From: Macrostomum hystrix
Taxonomy: Eukaryota > Animalia > Platyhelminthes
Reading direction: 5' to 3'
DNA: 64,000 nucleotides
NCBI GenBank assembly: GCA_950097015.1
Contig: CATNEN010000029.1
Span: 7,564,001-7,628,000, forward strand
Positions 1 to 12,660 of this stretch are shown in pieces. The position numbers and the translations under genes were made by a program. Under the pieces are notes generated by a model that searched no databases, was not told where the DNA came from, and saw only the letters and a program-made list of their open reading frames with translations. Each line of letters opens with the position of its first letter. Positions within the stretch are counted from its first letter, which is position 1.

Positions 1-836
1 AAGCATTATGCAAATAGCAGCATTCAGAAATCTGTCCAAAAACAGGTGCCATATTTGGTAACTGTGGATCTTGAATTACAGAGATTTTTAGTCTAACAAA
101 ATTTAAGATTTCCTATTTAGCTAGAAATCGGTTTAAACATGACGGGTTGTAAAATTTCGTTTATTTTTTGTCTAGATTCCAGTGCGCAAGTAAGTAAAGT
201 GCGCCGCGTAGGAAGACCGTATAGGAATTGACGACCAGCAACTTCCACTCTGGGAAAATACACAAGACACCCGGTCGAGAGGCCAGTCAGCCCTCTTATT
301 TCGTAGGTGAGACGCGGGGCGGGGGGTGTGTGTTGGTGAATGAATTGAGATACCGTGTTCGCTAGAATGGGTTCCATGCAACATGGGAGGCCCGGTCGCA
401 GAAGACGCTTTTAAAAACAACCCAGAAGCTGCATGCTTCATGTCACGTCGCATTCCTATGATCCGTTTCCTGGGAAGTGTCTAGAAGTTTTTGCTGCTGC
501 TTCAACTGTGGGGGCAGGCGTCACATACCTTCCTGAATGCTTATTTTCATTCCGTCAAAAACGTAAAATAGAATTAGACTTTTCTAGTTTCCGTGTTATT
601 AAACTAGAAGTGAAGGGGCAGAGAAGAGACGGGAGAGTACAGGCAATGTTAAGATCGAATGAAATATGCTCGCAGCTTTCTGATTGGCTGCCCAGCTCAG
701 TTGGGCTACTGGGGAGTGAGGGATTGCTAGTAAAAAGCCGACACAAATTGGAAGACTCTCGACGCCACGAATCAGTCCCGAATTCCAGTTCCTGGTTGCC
801 TGCTCACAGAAATCTTCTTCGTTAAAGCCAGCCAGC

Positions 837-2159
837 ATGTTTGAAGGCACCTTCCTTCACTGGCGCTACCCGCTGCATAGCAACGTGTGCGAGGTGATGC
901 TGTACAAACTAAACCTCAGCCGCAGCCACCTGCAGCAGCGGCAGCAGCCGCGCTACCTGGATAGTTCATGCAATCAGAAAGACATTCGCATGTCCAGTAT
1001 CTTCTTGCCGGTGAGTTTGATCGGCCTGAGCCTCAGCTTGTTCAGCGCCGCGGTATTCATTCGCCAGCGTCAGCGGACGTCCTTCCGCACCAGCCTCATT
1101 GCCTTGTCCGCGACAATCAGCTGCTACATGCTCTTCTCCTCCTTGGACTTCATCAATGTGCTCTCAGGAGCCTGCCTGTACTGGCGCGAGCCTCGACGCC
1201 ACGCTCAAGTATTCCTAGGCGCCATCATCTGCCTGTTTGTTGACACAATGATCTGTCTGCGCAATTGGTGCAATGTCCTCATGACGGCCCAGCGTACAGA
1301 GGCTTTGCTCTTTCCCCTGCGAGTACGGAAGCTGCTAAAAAAGCGCAACTTCTGTCTTTGCCTGCTGCTGCTGCTGCTCATCTGCCTTCCATTGTCTCTG
1401 GTTCGCTCCATTGCTGAGGTCTTTGTAGTGTGCGCCGATGACTCAACCGGCGAGGTCTACGGAATCGTTGGCTACCCACTCTCGGAAGAAGAGGACAAAA
1501 ATAATCCTCACCTGGAGGGAAGAAAGCGCCACTTTCACTTTCTGCTAAACGAGGAGAGCTGGTTCAATCACTACGAGACTTACGCCTTCTTTACTGTGCA
1601 AACAGTGGCGCCTGTGCTACTCGTGATCGCCTTCTCGCTCACAATGTCCGTGGCCATGCTGCGCCGCTGCAGCAGCGGCAGCGCGCAGCACCCACAAGCT
1701 GTCGCTGCCTCCACCATCGCCGGCAACAGGCAGAGCAAGAGAAACAAAATTCGCGCCAGCCGCACCGTGCTCTGCCTTGCCGCCATCTTCACCGCCCTGC
1801 AGATGCCCAACTTCCTGTTCCCGCTGGTGCTGACGGGCACATCCATGCCTGAAGAATCCGCAGCTGGCAAGATCTTTCAATTCGTGGCCGAGCTGTGCCT
1901 CCTACTGGACTCCATCCTCAACATCTTCGTCTATGCCTACTTCGTGCCCGACCTCCGGCTCTGCTGCGCCCGCATCTGGTGCCGACTCGCCGGCGGTGCT
2001 GGCGGCACCCATGAACAAGCCAGCACCAGGCGACGCGATGACCATCGTGGAACTAGCGCCGCCACGTCGGAGGTCAGGAGTCCGCTACAGATCTGCCGCT
2101 CAGCCGAAGGAACTTCAACGGTGGCTGCAGCGGCGCTAGACGACGAAGAAGAAGAATGA
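837..2159 (+). CDS. Intronless orphan rhodopsin-class (class A) GPCR, peptide-receptor-like
   Basis: 440-aa ORF with seven hydrophobic segments. TM3 ends NWCNVLMTAQRTEALLFPL (degenerate W..V..T.ERY.A...P), TM6 is TVLCLAAIFTALQMP and TM7 is LDSILNIFVY (NPxxY-like). The start codon is uncertain (837 or a downstream ATG). Confidence 0.75.
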   Translation: MFEGTFLHWRYPLHSNVCEVMLYKLNLSRSHLQQRQQPRYLDSSCNQKDIRMSSIFLPVSLIGLSLSLFSAAVFIRQRQRTSFRTSLIALSATISCYMLFSSLDFINVLSGACLYWREPRRHAQVFLGAIICLFVDTMICLRNWCNVLMTAQRTEALLFPLRVRKLLKKRNFCLCLLLLLLICLPLSLVRSIAEVFVVCADDSTGEVYGIVGYPLSEEEDKNNPHLEGRKRHFHFLLNEESWFNHYETYAFFTVQTVAPVLLVIAFSLTMSVAMLRRCSSGSAQHPQAVAASTIAGNRQSKRNKIRASRTVLCLAAIFTALQMPNFLFPLVLTGTSMPEESAAGKIFQFVAELCLLLDSILNIFVYAYFVPDLRLCCARIWCRLAGGAGGTHEQASTRRRDDHRGTSAATSEVRSPLQICRSAEGTSTVAAAALDDEEEE

Positions 2160-5100
2160 ACTAAACTTAGCTGAAAAAACTCGCACCGATTCTTGGATAT
2201 TGTTTTGACCGAGGACATTTGCGTTTTTGCTGTATTTTGCCATGCCGTCGATTCAACAGACTTCTTTCTAGCCTGTAATTTTCCGATATCCACTGTTTCG
2301 CATTGAATTAGTAGACTTCTGCGCTGCAATCTTGTTATTCTCCGCAATGACTTCAGCTGTAATTCTGCAGCGCCTCATGTGTAATGCCATTTTAGTGAGC
2401 AAGTTAAGGCTCAGATGCTCAACTTAGCTTTATAAAAGACCATGCAAGGCATAAAATGTACGATTTTTTCTGATTATAAAAATAAAAACGATTAAGTAGA
2501 ATGCCCAGATCCATAACTTATAAAATGAAACATCGCTATTGTTTAAAATTTCACTCTGCTATAATCTTCTCGCGATTGTTTCCTGGTTAATTAACCATTG
2601 ACGGTGAATCGCGCAGATCTTCAAATTCGTGAAGCCGAAGGAAAATTGTTCAGACTTTGGTTCAGTCAGATGCGAAACCAGTGTACCTGCTTTGGCTTGG
2701 TATCAACACTTTCAACCCGGTTCAGGCGCATCAGCTTATCTGTCTATGCTATCTCCATTTGCAAAGATAGATATAGCAACGAAATAAAGAAAAAAATGAA
2801 ATGCCGCCCAGAGCTTCTTCGCCTTAAATCCATCCCACTGACCTTGTGGGCTACATTGAAATCCGACTGCCGGCTGTCAAAGACCTGGCCGAAACCCCGG
2901 CACAAACCTTGACGTATCTGTGTCTCTCCTGCAATATGGGCCAGTTAAAATCCAGCAATGTCCAGCCGACCAGCGCTACAGATAATCTGTGGGCTGGATA
3001 GCTGCTGCAATGCCTGTGTTTTTATCGGCCTGGACGGATGGGTATAGTGTCTGCCTGGGCTCTGACTTTGAAGTCTGACATCTTCTGCAGAGCGCTGCGG
3101 CTACGCTGAACACCAGGCCTTTGGGGGGAGGGTGGCATGCCATGCCCTGGCAACTGATGACAAGAAAAAACAAGTTTTTTAGTTTTTTTTACGCCAGCTC
3201 ATCATTTCCTGCCACGACTCTCATAGCCAGCCACGGTTTGATCGAAAAAAACACTCCAGATCGCCAAATTTAATTAGACACTGAGCTGCGGGCAGGCACG
3301 GACACATAATTAATGTCCCTGGATTATTTTTTCTGGACCCCTTGAAAATCATCGCTCAATCAAAATGAATTCCAATGCCTGACTCCAAGTGGGTCTTTTT
3401 CGTTATGCTCGAGCCAACACCAATAACACCAACATTCGATTCCTCACCGAAGGGAATAGCTCCCAGTTGGGAAATGAAATGGCTGATCGGAGACCACCAA
3501 AAACTTCTCTCTTTCCCTTTCATCTCGGTTGGAAGATTAACTCAGCAGATCTTTCTCAGGGAGATTGGCACTCTTGTGGGTAGTTTTTACTTCATAAATC
3601 AAATAGAAAGACCGAAAACTGATTAGTTCCTAGCCAATCACATTTGGAAGCATGACTATTTATTTTGTATAAGGAAAGATTCGATTCGGAAAAGAAAGGG
3701 CTTTCATCGGTCTTATTCAATGCTAGACTATTGTTTCCAGACAGTCTGTGAAAATAATTCATTAATTAGAGTGTCTTTTTGAGACTGAATAATCTAATCA
3801 AATGCAGTATATTTTACAATAGGAGAAAAGTATTTGTGCAAACACGTTTCACTTTCGAAGTATCACAGTTACTTCTGTCTGTTGTGTATTCAACCCGCAG
3901 CTCATCGCAGTAGTAAGAACAGGGTCCACTCTGGCCCAGAGCGCTGATTGGTCGGCGAGGTAGGTGGGGTGGTTGGGCATAGTTGGGGTGTACGAGTGGG
4001 TGGGGTATGACGGTTTGGCGTGCAAGGGAGGGATTGGTTGGGAATGAGGGCGTTGGTAATCCAGGGGTGGGTAATGGTCAGTGGAATATGGGGTCTTGCG
4101 TTGATTGGTGAGGTCGAGTTTTTTGGTCGATTTAAAACTGCGGTTATTGAGGCGGACGTTACTGGGAGGTACGGAAAGTCTGAACTGCTGGGAATCTATC
4201 TCGGTCTGTCGTGTCATCGCTAAAGCGCATTGAATTTTGACAATACTGCTTACATGCATAGGAACATACGATCACAGATAGACTCGACAAATCCTATGGG
4301 AAACCGGTCTAGTTATTTTTTGTTCTTACAAAATTTACGACATACACAAGAGCTACTGGAACATTGTGCTGAATTGGACAGTGTGTCGTTTAACAAATAT
4401 TCTTAGCTGGTTTTCTCTGCTGCTGGTACCTCTTTGAGATCGGCCTCTAAGTAATCAGGCGCAAAAGTCGCGGCAGTGTTTCAAGTCTCTGAGCGCTCTG
4501 ACCTGGTCCGGATGCACGAGTGAATCCGATCAATCAAGCTCGATACGATGATCCGGTGCGACTGTCTTCTCTGCTGTGCTTTTTTCTACTGGCATGAATT
4601 ACGCATTCCAGAGCACCCGACTTCTTGTCCAGGCCAGGCCAGATCATTCGTCATTCAAGTGGTCAAGCAACGGTTAATCATGAAGGAATATCTACCCCAG
4701 GGCTGTCTTAGTTAGCTGCAGATGTTTCTAAATTTGCTTGGGCCACTTCGTAGTCTTCTGTTTATTTCTGGGACAATCGCGATGTTTCAGAAGAATTAGT
4801 TTGTATCTAAAAAACAGTTCTTGGGATGCTGAATGGAATCAGAACGTGCCTTGAAACTCAAGCCAGCATGTAGCCCATTGGTTGGCTGTGTTACTGCCTA
4901 ACTGGGCCACTAAAACTTATTCTAAGAAATCAAACTTAGTTGTATGTAACCCGTTTTGCTCAGATGAATTGTTATTTATGAATATAGTCAAGGCATAAAA
5001 GTAGCATATAAACCATTGTTAAGAAGTCTGATAATGAGGGAAATCTTCAAAGTCGTGTTACTTAGATACACCAATGTTCAGCTTCATTTACAACTTGCTC

Positions 5101-5287
5101 ATTGTCACTGCTCAGTAGTTCAGGTACTTCGAGTCACTGAGCCAGTGGCCAATAAATATGCCTTATTGTCTGCTACAGGCTGCTAAAGTGAAAATTAGCT
5201 ACTTTAAAGTCCAGAACGATAGAGGCTGAGCCACATCTCTGTGAGCATTTATTGAGCAAATTTGTGCGTTTGAGATTGATACAACTT

Positions 5288-5468
5288 AAAGGTCAGTGGT
5301 TCGACACACTTGGAAGACACCTAACTCTGCACTGCTTCAACTCACCCAGTTATAAAATGGATAACAGCATTAGCTGGGGTAATTAAGGTTGGCGCCCCCA
5401 GTCCATGGACTAAACAGCTGAACGCAGTCTTCAGATGCGCCGCGGAATTGCTGCGGCTGTGCTGTCGA
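5288..5468 (+). mobile_element. tRNA-headed SINE, 5'-degenerate copy
   Basis: Has a B-box-like GGTTCGAC, the central cacccag..aaatgg..cagcattagctggg block, the CAGTCCATGGACT palindrome and the 3' gctgcggctgtgctgtcg block, all shared with 12348-12660 and 54356-54600. Confidence 0.7.
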
Positions 5469-7486
5469 AATCAAAAAGCAATAAGGAAGTCAAACAATCA
5501 CTACACCCTCATCATCGTTTTAACATCGGCAGCCAAGGCTGTGAGCTCAAACATCCTGTGTGAGGGCAACTTTCAAATGCAACAACAATTACATTATTCA
5601 TTTGGACTTTTAGCTTAGTCTATGGCAAAATCTGCCCACAAGTTATATGGCGCTACATTGTACTCTGCCTGTACTCTTGTCTTAAAAGAGTACGAGCACA
5701 TCCGAACTGTCGCACTCGTATTGGCACATCCGAACTGTCGAACTGTATTTGTGATATCTAAGAAAAAATAGAAGTATATACTCTGTAGGTAATTTCGTTG
5801 CTTCCTAATCCCAAGGCATCGTAGAGTATATACACTGACTGCATGGCAACGAAAAATATTCTGCAATTTGCGAAATTTCCGACTCGCTTGCTTGCTGCGG
5901 TTCGTCAGTCGCCAATACCGATACGTCAGCAGACCTTAGATGTCCGAATTAGTATTATCAGAATATCACTGCGGGCTGAGTAGCAAACCATCCTGCCCAC
6001 CCTGAGGGACACAAACAGGCTAGGCATAGGAACGAAGCCAATCTCTGTGACCTACGGCTCGTAGCTACGCATTCAACTCGAGTCTCGAACAGGCGGTAAT
6101 CGTGTGTTAGTGGCGGCCGGACATGACAATCATGTCTCTCCCAAACCCTGTCAGAGCAGGCGGCGCAAAACTGCCGTCCGAAACGGGACGCTTCGAGAAC
6201 TATTTTAGTACATTTGGGATAGAAAAAGACGCTAATGAATGCTAATACAGAGTTGCGGAAGCAGGTGAGTCTTAAAAATGCTCTGGTTAGGAGATCAGAT
6301 TTACCCTTGGGATGCGTAAAGGGTGCATTTTCCCGTCATTCTCCTCTGAATAGATGTATGTATATTTGATGTTCTGGCATAAAAATGATTAAGGAAAATG
6401 AGATGACATCAGCTCTCGGGTAATCAGGGAGCTCTCCGCTTGTCGTGTTCTTGTCTCGCGCAGTTTGATTGGAAAGGGAGAGAGAACTGACGAGAGGAAG
6501 AGCACTATGGGAGGGAGAGTGGAGGCCCCAGCTCCCTTATCGATGCTCGCTGAGCGAAAAGCGGTCAGAGAATGCTTCGACTCCACAGAAGCAGCAACGG
6601 CTGCAGCAGCGGAGGCGTAGGTGTCACCTAGCTCAGGGTGCAAAAAACATCTTCAAATTAAAGGGAAGCAAACTTTTTCTTCCACTCGTCTTGTCCGGCC
6701 AAGAGAAAAGAAATCTTCAAAACTCTGAAGCGGACTCAAGTCCGTTCTGGAGCACTTGCTGAACTTGCTGGACTGGACTCCGGATTGCTGAGTCCTAAGT
6801 GGCGCTTGGACCTAGCCTCATCTACTCTTCTGAGGTGAAGATGCTGAGAATGTGTGAGCGGCTTGCAAGTGTGAGGTGGTCGTTCCCTGAGAATCTATAG
6901 TGCTTGGTGATTCTCACAAACTGGAGAGACTAATGATCGAATAGATTTTCAGCACTCACTCCATCTCACTCTCTCTCGTCACTCTTCAGTTTCATTCAGG
7001 CGTGTTTGACCAATTTTAGCACTATTGAGCTCTGTTCGTCTGTGATCAAAACAAGATTAGTCTACCGAGGTGTTTGAATCGATTGTGCAAAACTTTATCT
7101 TCACTTAACTAAGACGCGGTCGTTAAAAATGTTAAACTTTAGGCTACCTTTTGGTATTGTATATAAGATCTTAATTTACATATTCGAAAGTTTCTACTTT
7201 CAGTAGAGCAGTTCGAAATGCACACTCTAATATTTTATCATACAAATTTAAGAAAGGGATTTGTATCGAATGTTTATCCGCAACAAGGACTTCTATATTA
7301 TAGCATCTATTATATAGAAGTCCTTGATCCACAAGCAGACATTTCGACTATAGGATCGGCCATAGACAAAAGTCTGTTCACTGTTTTGAAAGGGGTCTGT
7401 CTGATAAAGAAAAAAATGTTGCTTTAATTGAATTTCCGCAAGCAGAGAACCTCGTCAGAGCCATAGATACTAAAATAACGGTTATT

Positions 7487-7746
7487 TTCCAGCTACTATT
7501 CTTGATGCGATTCCAGCTATTATTCTTGATGCGATTCCAGCTACTATTCTTGATCCGATTCCAGCTACTATTGTTGATGCGATTCCAGCTACTATTCTTG
7601 ATGCGATTCCAGCTACTATTCTTGATGCGATTCCAGCTATTATTCTTGATGCGATACCAGCTACTATTCTTGATGCGATTCCAGCTATTATTCTTGATGC
7701 GATTCCAGCTACTATTCTTGATGCGATTCCAGCTACTATTCTTGAT
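7487..7746. repeat. 24-bp minisatellite (tattcttgatgcgattccagctac), about 10 copies
   Basis: Direct inspection. Confidence 0.95.
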
Positions 7747-8592
7747 ATGAATTCTAAATGCCTCATAATTCCAGCTTGTGCTATCCGTTATTCGATTATT
7801 ATATACAGTTGATGATTATGTGGGTCGGAATGATTTTGAATGATATATCATGGTTGGAAATTTCAAGTGTCCTCAATTTGTCTATAACCGAGATTTATCT
7901 TGACAATCAGATACTGAGGTTGAGAAGCTCCAAGGATTGGCTTAGAATATGTATTTTATATATAGTTCCAGATATATTTCCACACACGAAACGGAGACCT
8001 TGTTCCCGGCATTGCGTGTGCAATATGAAGCAACGAGCATGCATAACTATTATTATGAATAGAGGCGACAGAGACAATACGAAACTGTCTATGGTCCACC
8101 AGCCATTGGACCCTGCAATTATGGAGCCCCCATGGCTTCAAGCTCGTCTGACACATTTTTAATAAGAGTTTTCGGGTCACGCAAGCCATAGCAGCCATAC
8201 CAGCTGCTAAGTTTCAATTCTCTATTAGAAGTCTCTTAAAATGAAATTACAATTACAAGCACAAAGCAAGCAACAGTCGTGGATAGATTGGGTACTAAAG
8301 CTGACGATTTCCTGGTGTTTTAAACCGATGCCGGTGTTCTCACAGTGGGATGCTTTTATGCTCAAATATTTCCAGAGAGCACGCATAGAGCTGGACTGGG
8401 CTATGATAGTCAGTCACGCTAATAAATATCTTTCGGTAACTTCTAGACATAATATAGTTTAATAACATGCAAAGGTATGGTTTATCCATTAATTTTGTAT
8501 ATAAAAAATTGTTTGAATTAGTTTAATTTTTCCCTCGATATACTTGCCAACTTTGCACTTGTAAATTAAATTAGTAAGTAAATAAATAGACG

Positions 8593-8885
8593 GGGTAGAT
8601 AGGGTAGACAGGGTAGATATGGTAGACAGGGTAGACAGGGTAGACAGGGCAGATATGGTAGACACGGTAGACAGGGTAGACAGGGTAGACAGGGTAGACA
8701 GGGTAGATAGGGGAGACAGGGTAGACAGGGAGGGTAGACAGGGTAGACAGGGTAGATATGGTACACAGGGTAGAATAGATAGGGTAGATAGGGTAGATAG
8801 GGAAGACAGGGTAGATATGGTAGACAGGGTAGACAGAGTAGACAGAGTAGACAGAGTAGATAGCGTAGACAGGGTAGACAGGTTA
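8593..8885. repeat. 9-bp tandem repeat (gggtagaca)
   Basis: Direct inspection. Confidence 0.95.
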
Positions 8886-9019
8886 AGCAGTGTAGACGGG
8901 TACATAGTGTAGTCAGGTAGACAGGTAGATAAGGTAGACAAGTAGGTGAGAGAGACTAGCAGATAGAGTGGACATAGCATTGGGTAGATGGGTCAGAGAT
9001 GGATGGAGAAGTTTTAAAA

Positions 9020-9633
9020 TCTCGGAGCTGTACCAATCTCGGAGCTGTACCTATCTTGGAGCTGTACCAATCTTGGAGCTGTACCAATCGTGGAGCTGTA
9101 CCAATCTCGGAGCTGTACCGATCGCGGAGCTGTACCAATCTCGGAGCTGTACCTATCTTGGAGCTGTACCTATCTTGGAGCTGTACCAATCGCGGAGCTG
9201 TACCGATCGCGGAGCTGTACCAATCTCGGAGCTGTACCTATCTTGGAGCTGTACCAATCTCGGAGCTGTACCTATCTTGGAGCTGTACCAATCGCGGAGC
9301 TGTACCAATCTCGGAGCTGTACCTATCTTGGAGCTGTACCTATCTTGGAGCTGTACCAATCTCGGAGCTGTACCTATCTCGGAGCTGTACCTATCTTGGA
9401 GCTGTACCAATCTCGGAGCTGTACCTATCTCGGAGCTGTACCTATCTTGGAGCTGTACCAATCTCGGAGCTGTACCTATCTCGGAGCTGTACCTATCTTG
9501 GAGCTGTACCTATCTTAGAGCTGTACCAATCTCGGAGCTGTACCTATCTCGGAGCTGTACCTATCTTGGAGCTGTACCTATCTTGGAGCTGTAACAATCT
9601 CGGAGCTGTACCAATCTCGGAGCTGTACCAATC
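9020..9633. repeat. 17-bp minisatellite (ggagctgtacc-aatctc/tatctt)
   Basis: Direct inspection; about 36 units. Confidence 0.95.
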
Positions 9634-11774
9634 TGAGCTGAGTTCCGAATTGATTTTTAACCTCATTCAGACAGTCAAAACCATATTCGAACCGCCAAAG
9701 TCTAGCCTGAATGACTCAAGCCACAATGCGACAGTTTGGGAAGCTAGTCAGTTCAATCCGCACCGAAGTGGAGTCATCTTGCGCGCCAATTAAGTTCTCG
9801 AATTGCGACACCCGCAAGCATCCCCCATACGGAAGATTCAAAGAGCACCCACTGAGTCTAACCTCCACCACCTGTGCGAACCTGAGACTCGAAGGGTGAG
9901 CAAATATACACATTTTCCTCTTTCTGCTCAGCCAAAAAAACTCGAATGACTCACAGAAACGGAGGAGAGTCAAATTAATTGGTTGCCAAAAACACTATTC
10001 GTCATACGAAGCGCCATTCCTATTATTCGCCGGCATGGAAGCCTCCAATTTTATCCGACGGGCATCAGGTGGCGCTGGTTGAGCCGAGCGAACCGATCCT
10101 GTTCATCCGTGCCTCTTTTATTTTAACACCTTTACCTGCATGGAGCGCGTCTGGACCGTTCTCCACTATCTCTTACATTCAAAGCGAAGCACAGTTTCAT
10201 CAATTCTGCTCAATTTCTGTCGTAAAGCTTTAGCCTTTGACGCCATAAAAATAAAATTGCGCAAAACGATTAACCGTTTGTGAGCTCGCGGGACTAGACT
10301 CTGACGACATCTACGAGTAGAAGCAGATTTAAACACAGAATTTACGGGTTTCTGTGGTTTTTAACACAGTCGCGTTATAACAGTAGAAGCACCGCGGAAG
10401 CCGCGGAAGTATTTCAAAAGCCCACATTTTTATTTCTTCTGGATCTGCCAAAATATTCAACCAATCGCCGTGAAATTCCGTGCCATGAGCTAGAATTTTC
10501 AACTCTATCAGACGAAACAACTTCCAGAATCACAAAACATCGGCATCGTCGAGATATTCAACGATTCTCGTCGGGGTGACTGGTGACAAGAGACCAAAGT
10601 TTTAAAACACCTTAGACAGCTTACGAGCGGTACCGACCACTCTTAGACTTAGGATCAACCGTAGGATGGGCCATAGACTTAAGAAGCGATCGAGAAACGA
10701 CTTTCTTTGCAAACATACGACCTAGTAAATATAAGATGGACCCTAAGAGACGGGATTTTGCGCTCGTTTCCAGAAAACCTTAAGTCTGGCTTAGGCAACT
10801 TACGTCTATGGTCTTTCCTAAGTTGGTTTCGAGAAACCTCCCCCTTAAAACCAATATACATCTATATATGCAAGGTGTTAGATCGTTCGTTAGACAGGTA
10901 ATTGTCTGACGCGGCTGATCCCCGAGTTACCGTGAGTAGCATTTCCTGTGCCACCAAGCCTCAACTCCCACCCGCCAATCCGAGCAATAAGCGCCATTGA
11001 TTATTGTGTCCCAGGCCTTCCCTAATTTCATTTCGGTCCCCTGTCCCATTCAAAATAATCCATTTGGGCCATTCTGCGGACATACAATACAAGGCAGGCG
11101 ACACGTGCGGCTGATTTAATTTGCAGCGCAGCAGGCTGCACTAATAGAGAAAGCCAACAGCCAATGCCGGATCCGCCCTAAATAATCCTGTTTCGAGTCC
11201 GCGACCCCGAGCCCCGCCAGGCCCATCAGAATCAATCGGGTACCGGCTGCAGTGCCGAAGTTGCTCGAAGGTTGGCGACATATAATAAGCAAATAGGGGA
11301 ATGAATTGGCATGAATTTGTGTCGGCAATTAGAGTGTGTTAACTTTACATACCATGCATAGTCCATTGCTCTGCAGCCACTCCTATGGTTCATATTCTAC
11401 TCGCGCTATAGCTGGACAAAATGTGCAGCCAGTAGCACAGCCGCAGCCAATCTCTACGTAAGGATGCATCGATGTCAAAGAGCGGTTCCGGCCATAGAAT
11501 GCGTACTATGATCGAGGTCAACCACCAACGTTGAGATCGGGTCTTTAATGTTCATTCAGGCCTTATGTTAGCAAAACTTGGTCGAGCTTTTTACCATAGA
11601 CATTGAAACCTAACTGTTATTTTATATTTCAAAACTATAACCCTACTTATAAATTATCTAAAGATCAGATGGAAAAATCACTGTGAAAGATCACGTGAAT
11701 TCCAACGATTTGTACAGTTTTCGAGAAGATTATAAGATTTTTTATAGATATATAGATATTGATTTCCTGACCAT

Positions 11775-12330
11775 TTTTTGCTGCACTAGAACGGAGCAAC
11801 GCAAGCAATCTCAAGAACACGGACCAACTTTTTGTTGCGAATCTTCTGAAACAAAAACAAGTCGCCAGCTCTTCAGACCGTCGAGATATTCAATGGTTCT
11901 GGCCGAAAGTCAGATTTTTCCATAAGCACTCCTATGGTAGTGCTTTCACATTTGTATTTCATACACCCCTATACACGAATTTGCACTGCGCCTCAGTGCG
12001 GCCTTGCCAGGCCTTCAAAATTGGTCAGCATGTCACCCGAATGTGCCTGCATCATCTCCGTCTTCGGTGGTCACCTACCTTTATCGAGACGGACTTGCTG
12101 GACCTTCAAGGGCTACAACAGGTGGAACAAGGCCACAATGGACACCCTGACGCGAATTTCCCTAATTTCACTGATCAAGCCTAAATATTAGGCTGTCAAT
12201 CAATCAGTTCCCACCCAACGCTGTTAGCATTCGAGCGCTGCCAAATTTTTTTTAATGGAAATCCCGCTTGGTATAAAAACAGGCGGCAAAATGGTAGTCC
12301 TACTGTTAAAGTCACTTCAATAATACGAAG
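11775..12330. mobile_element. Unclassified dispersed repeat, copy 1 (copy 2 at 53230-53625)
   Basis: Colinear blocks shared with 53230-53625: gaacggagcaacgcaagca, ttttgttgcg.atcttctgaaacaa, tgcgcctcagtgcggcc, gtgcctgcatcatctccg, atggacaccctga, ttggtataaaaac.ggcggcaaaatgg, gtagtcctact.ttaa. Confidence 0.75.
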
Positions 12331-12347
12331 TATATTTTTAAGCGTAA

Positions 12348-12660
12348 ACAATAATAATAATTTATAATAATTGACTACACCTGTCCCAATCGGGCCAGAT
12401 GTGCAGCCGACAGCACAGCCGCAGCTATTGCGCGGCATATCTGAAGACTGCGTACAGCTGTTCAGTCCATGGACTGGGGGGACGCCACACCCACCTTCAA
12501 TTATCCCAGCTAATGCTGGTACCCATTTAACAGCTGGGTGAACTGTAGCAATGCAGAGTTTAGGGTCTTGCTAAAGGAAACAAATTGTTTCAGTGGAGTC
12601 GAGAATCGAACCCCTACCTTTAAGTCGTGAGTCCGACGCCCTAACCACTAGTCTACAACC
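12348..12660 (-). mobile_element. Near full-length tRNA-derived SINE
   Basis: On the minus strand: A-box-like TAGTGGTTAGGGCGTCGG, B-box GGTTCGATTC, central cacccagctgttaaatgggtaccagc, CAGTCCATGGACTG palindrome, 3' stem-loop and a (tta)n tail. Confidence 0.8.

Noticed and set aside
1-830. Short ORFs and GC-rich patches upstream of the GPCR
   Set aside because: No recognisable domain, repeat ends or RNA motif.
10600-10850. Harbinger-like MITE end (gtttcgagaaacctcccc)
   Set aside because: No matching opposite TIR or TSD was found.
12590-12660. tRNA-like sequences (also 54356-54425 and 20755-20790)
   Set aside because: A/B boxes are present but the anticodon and acceptor stems do not pair properly, and each continues into SINE body sequence.
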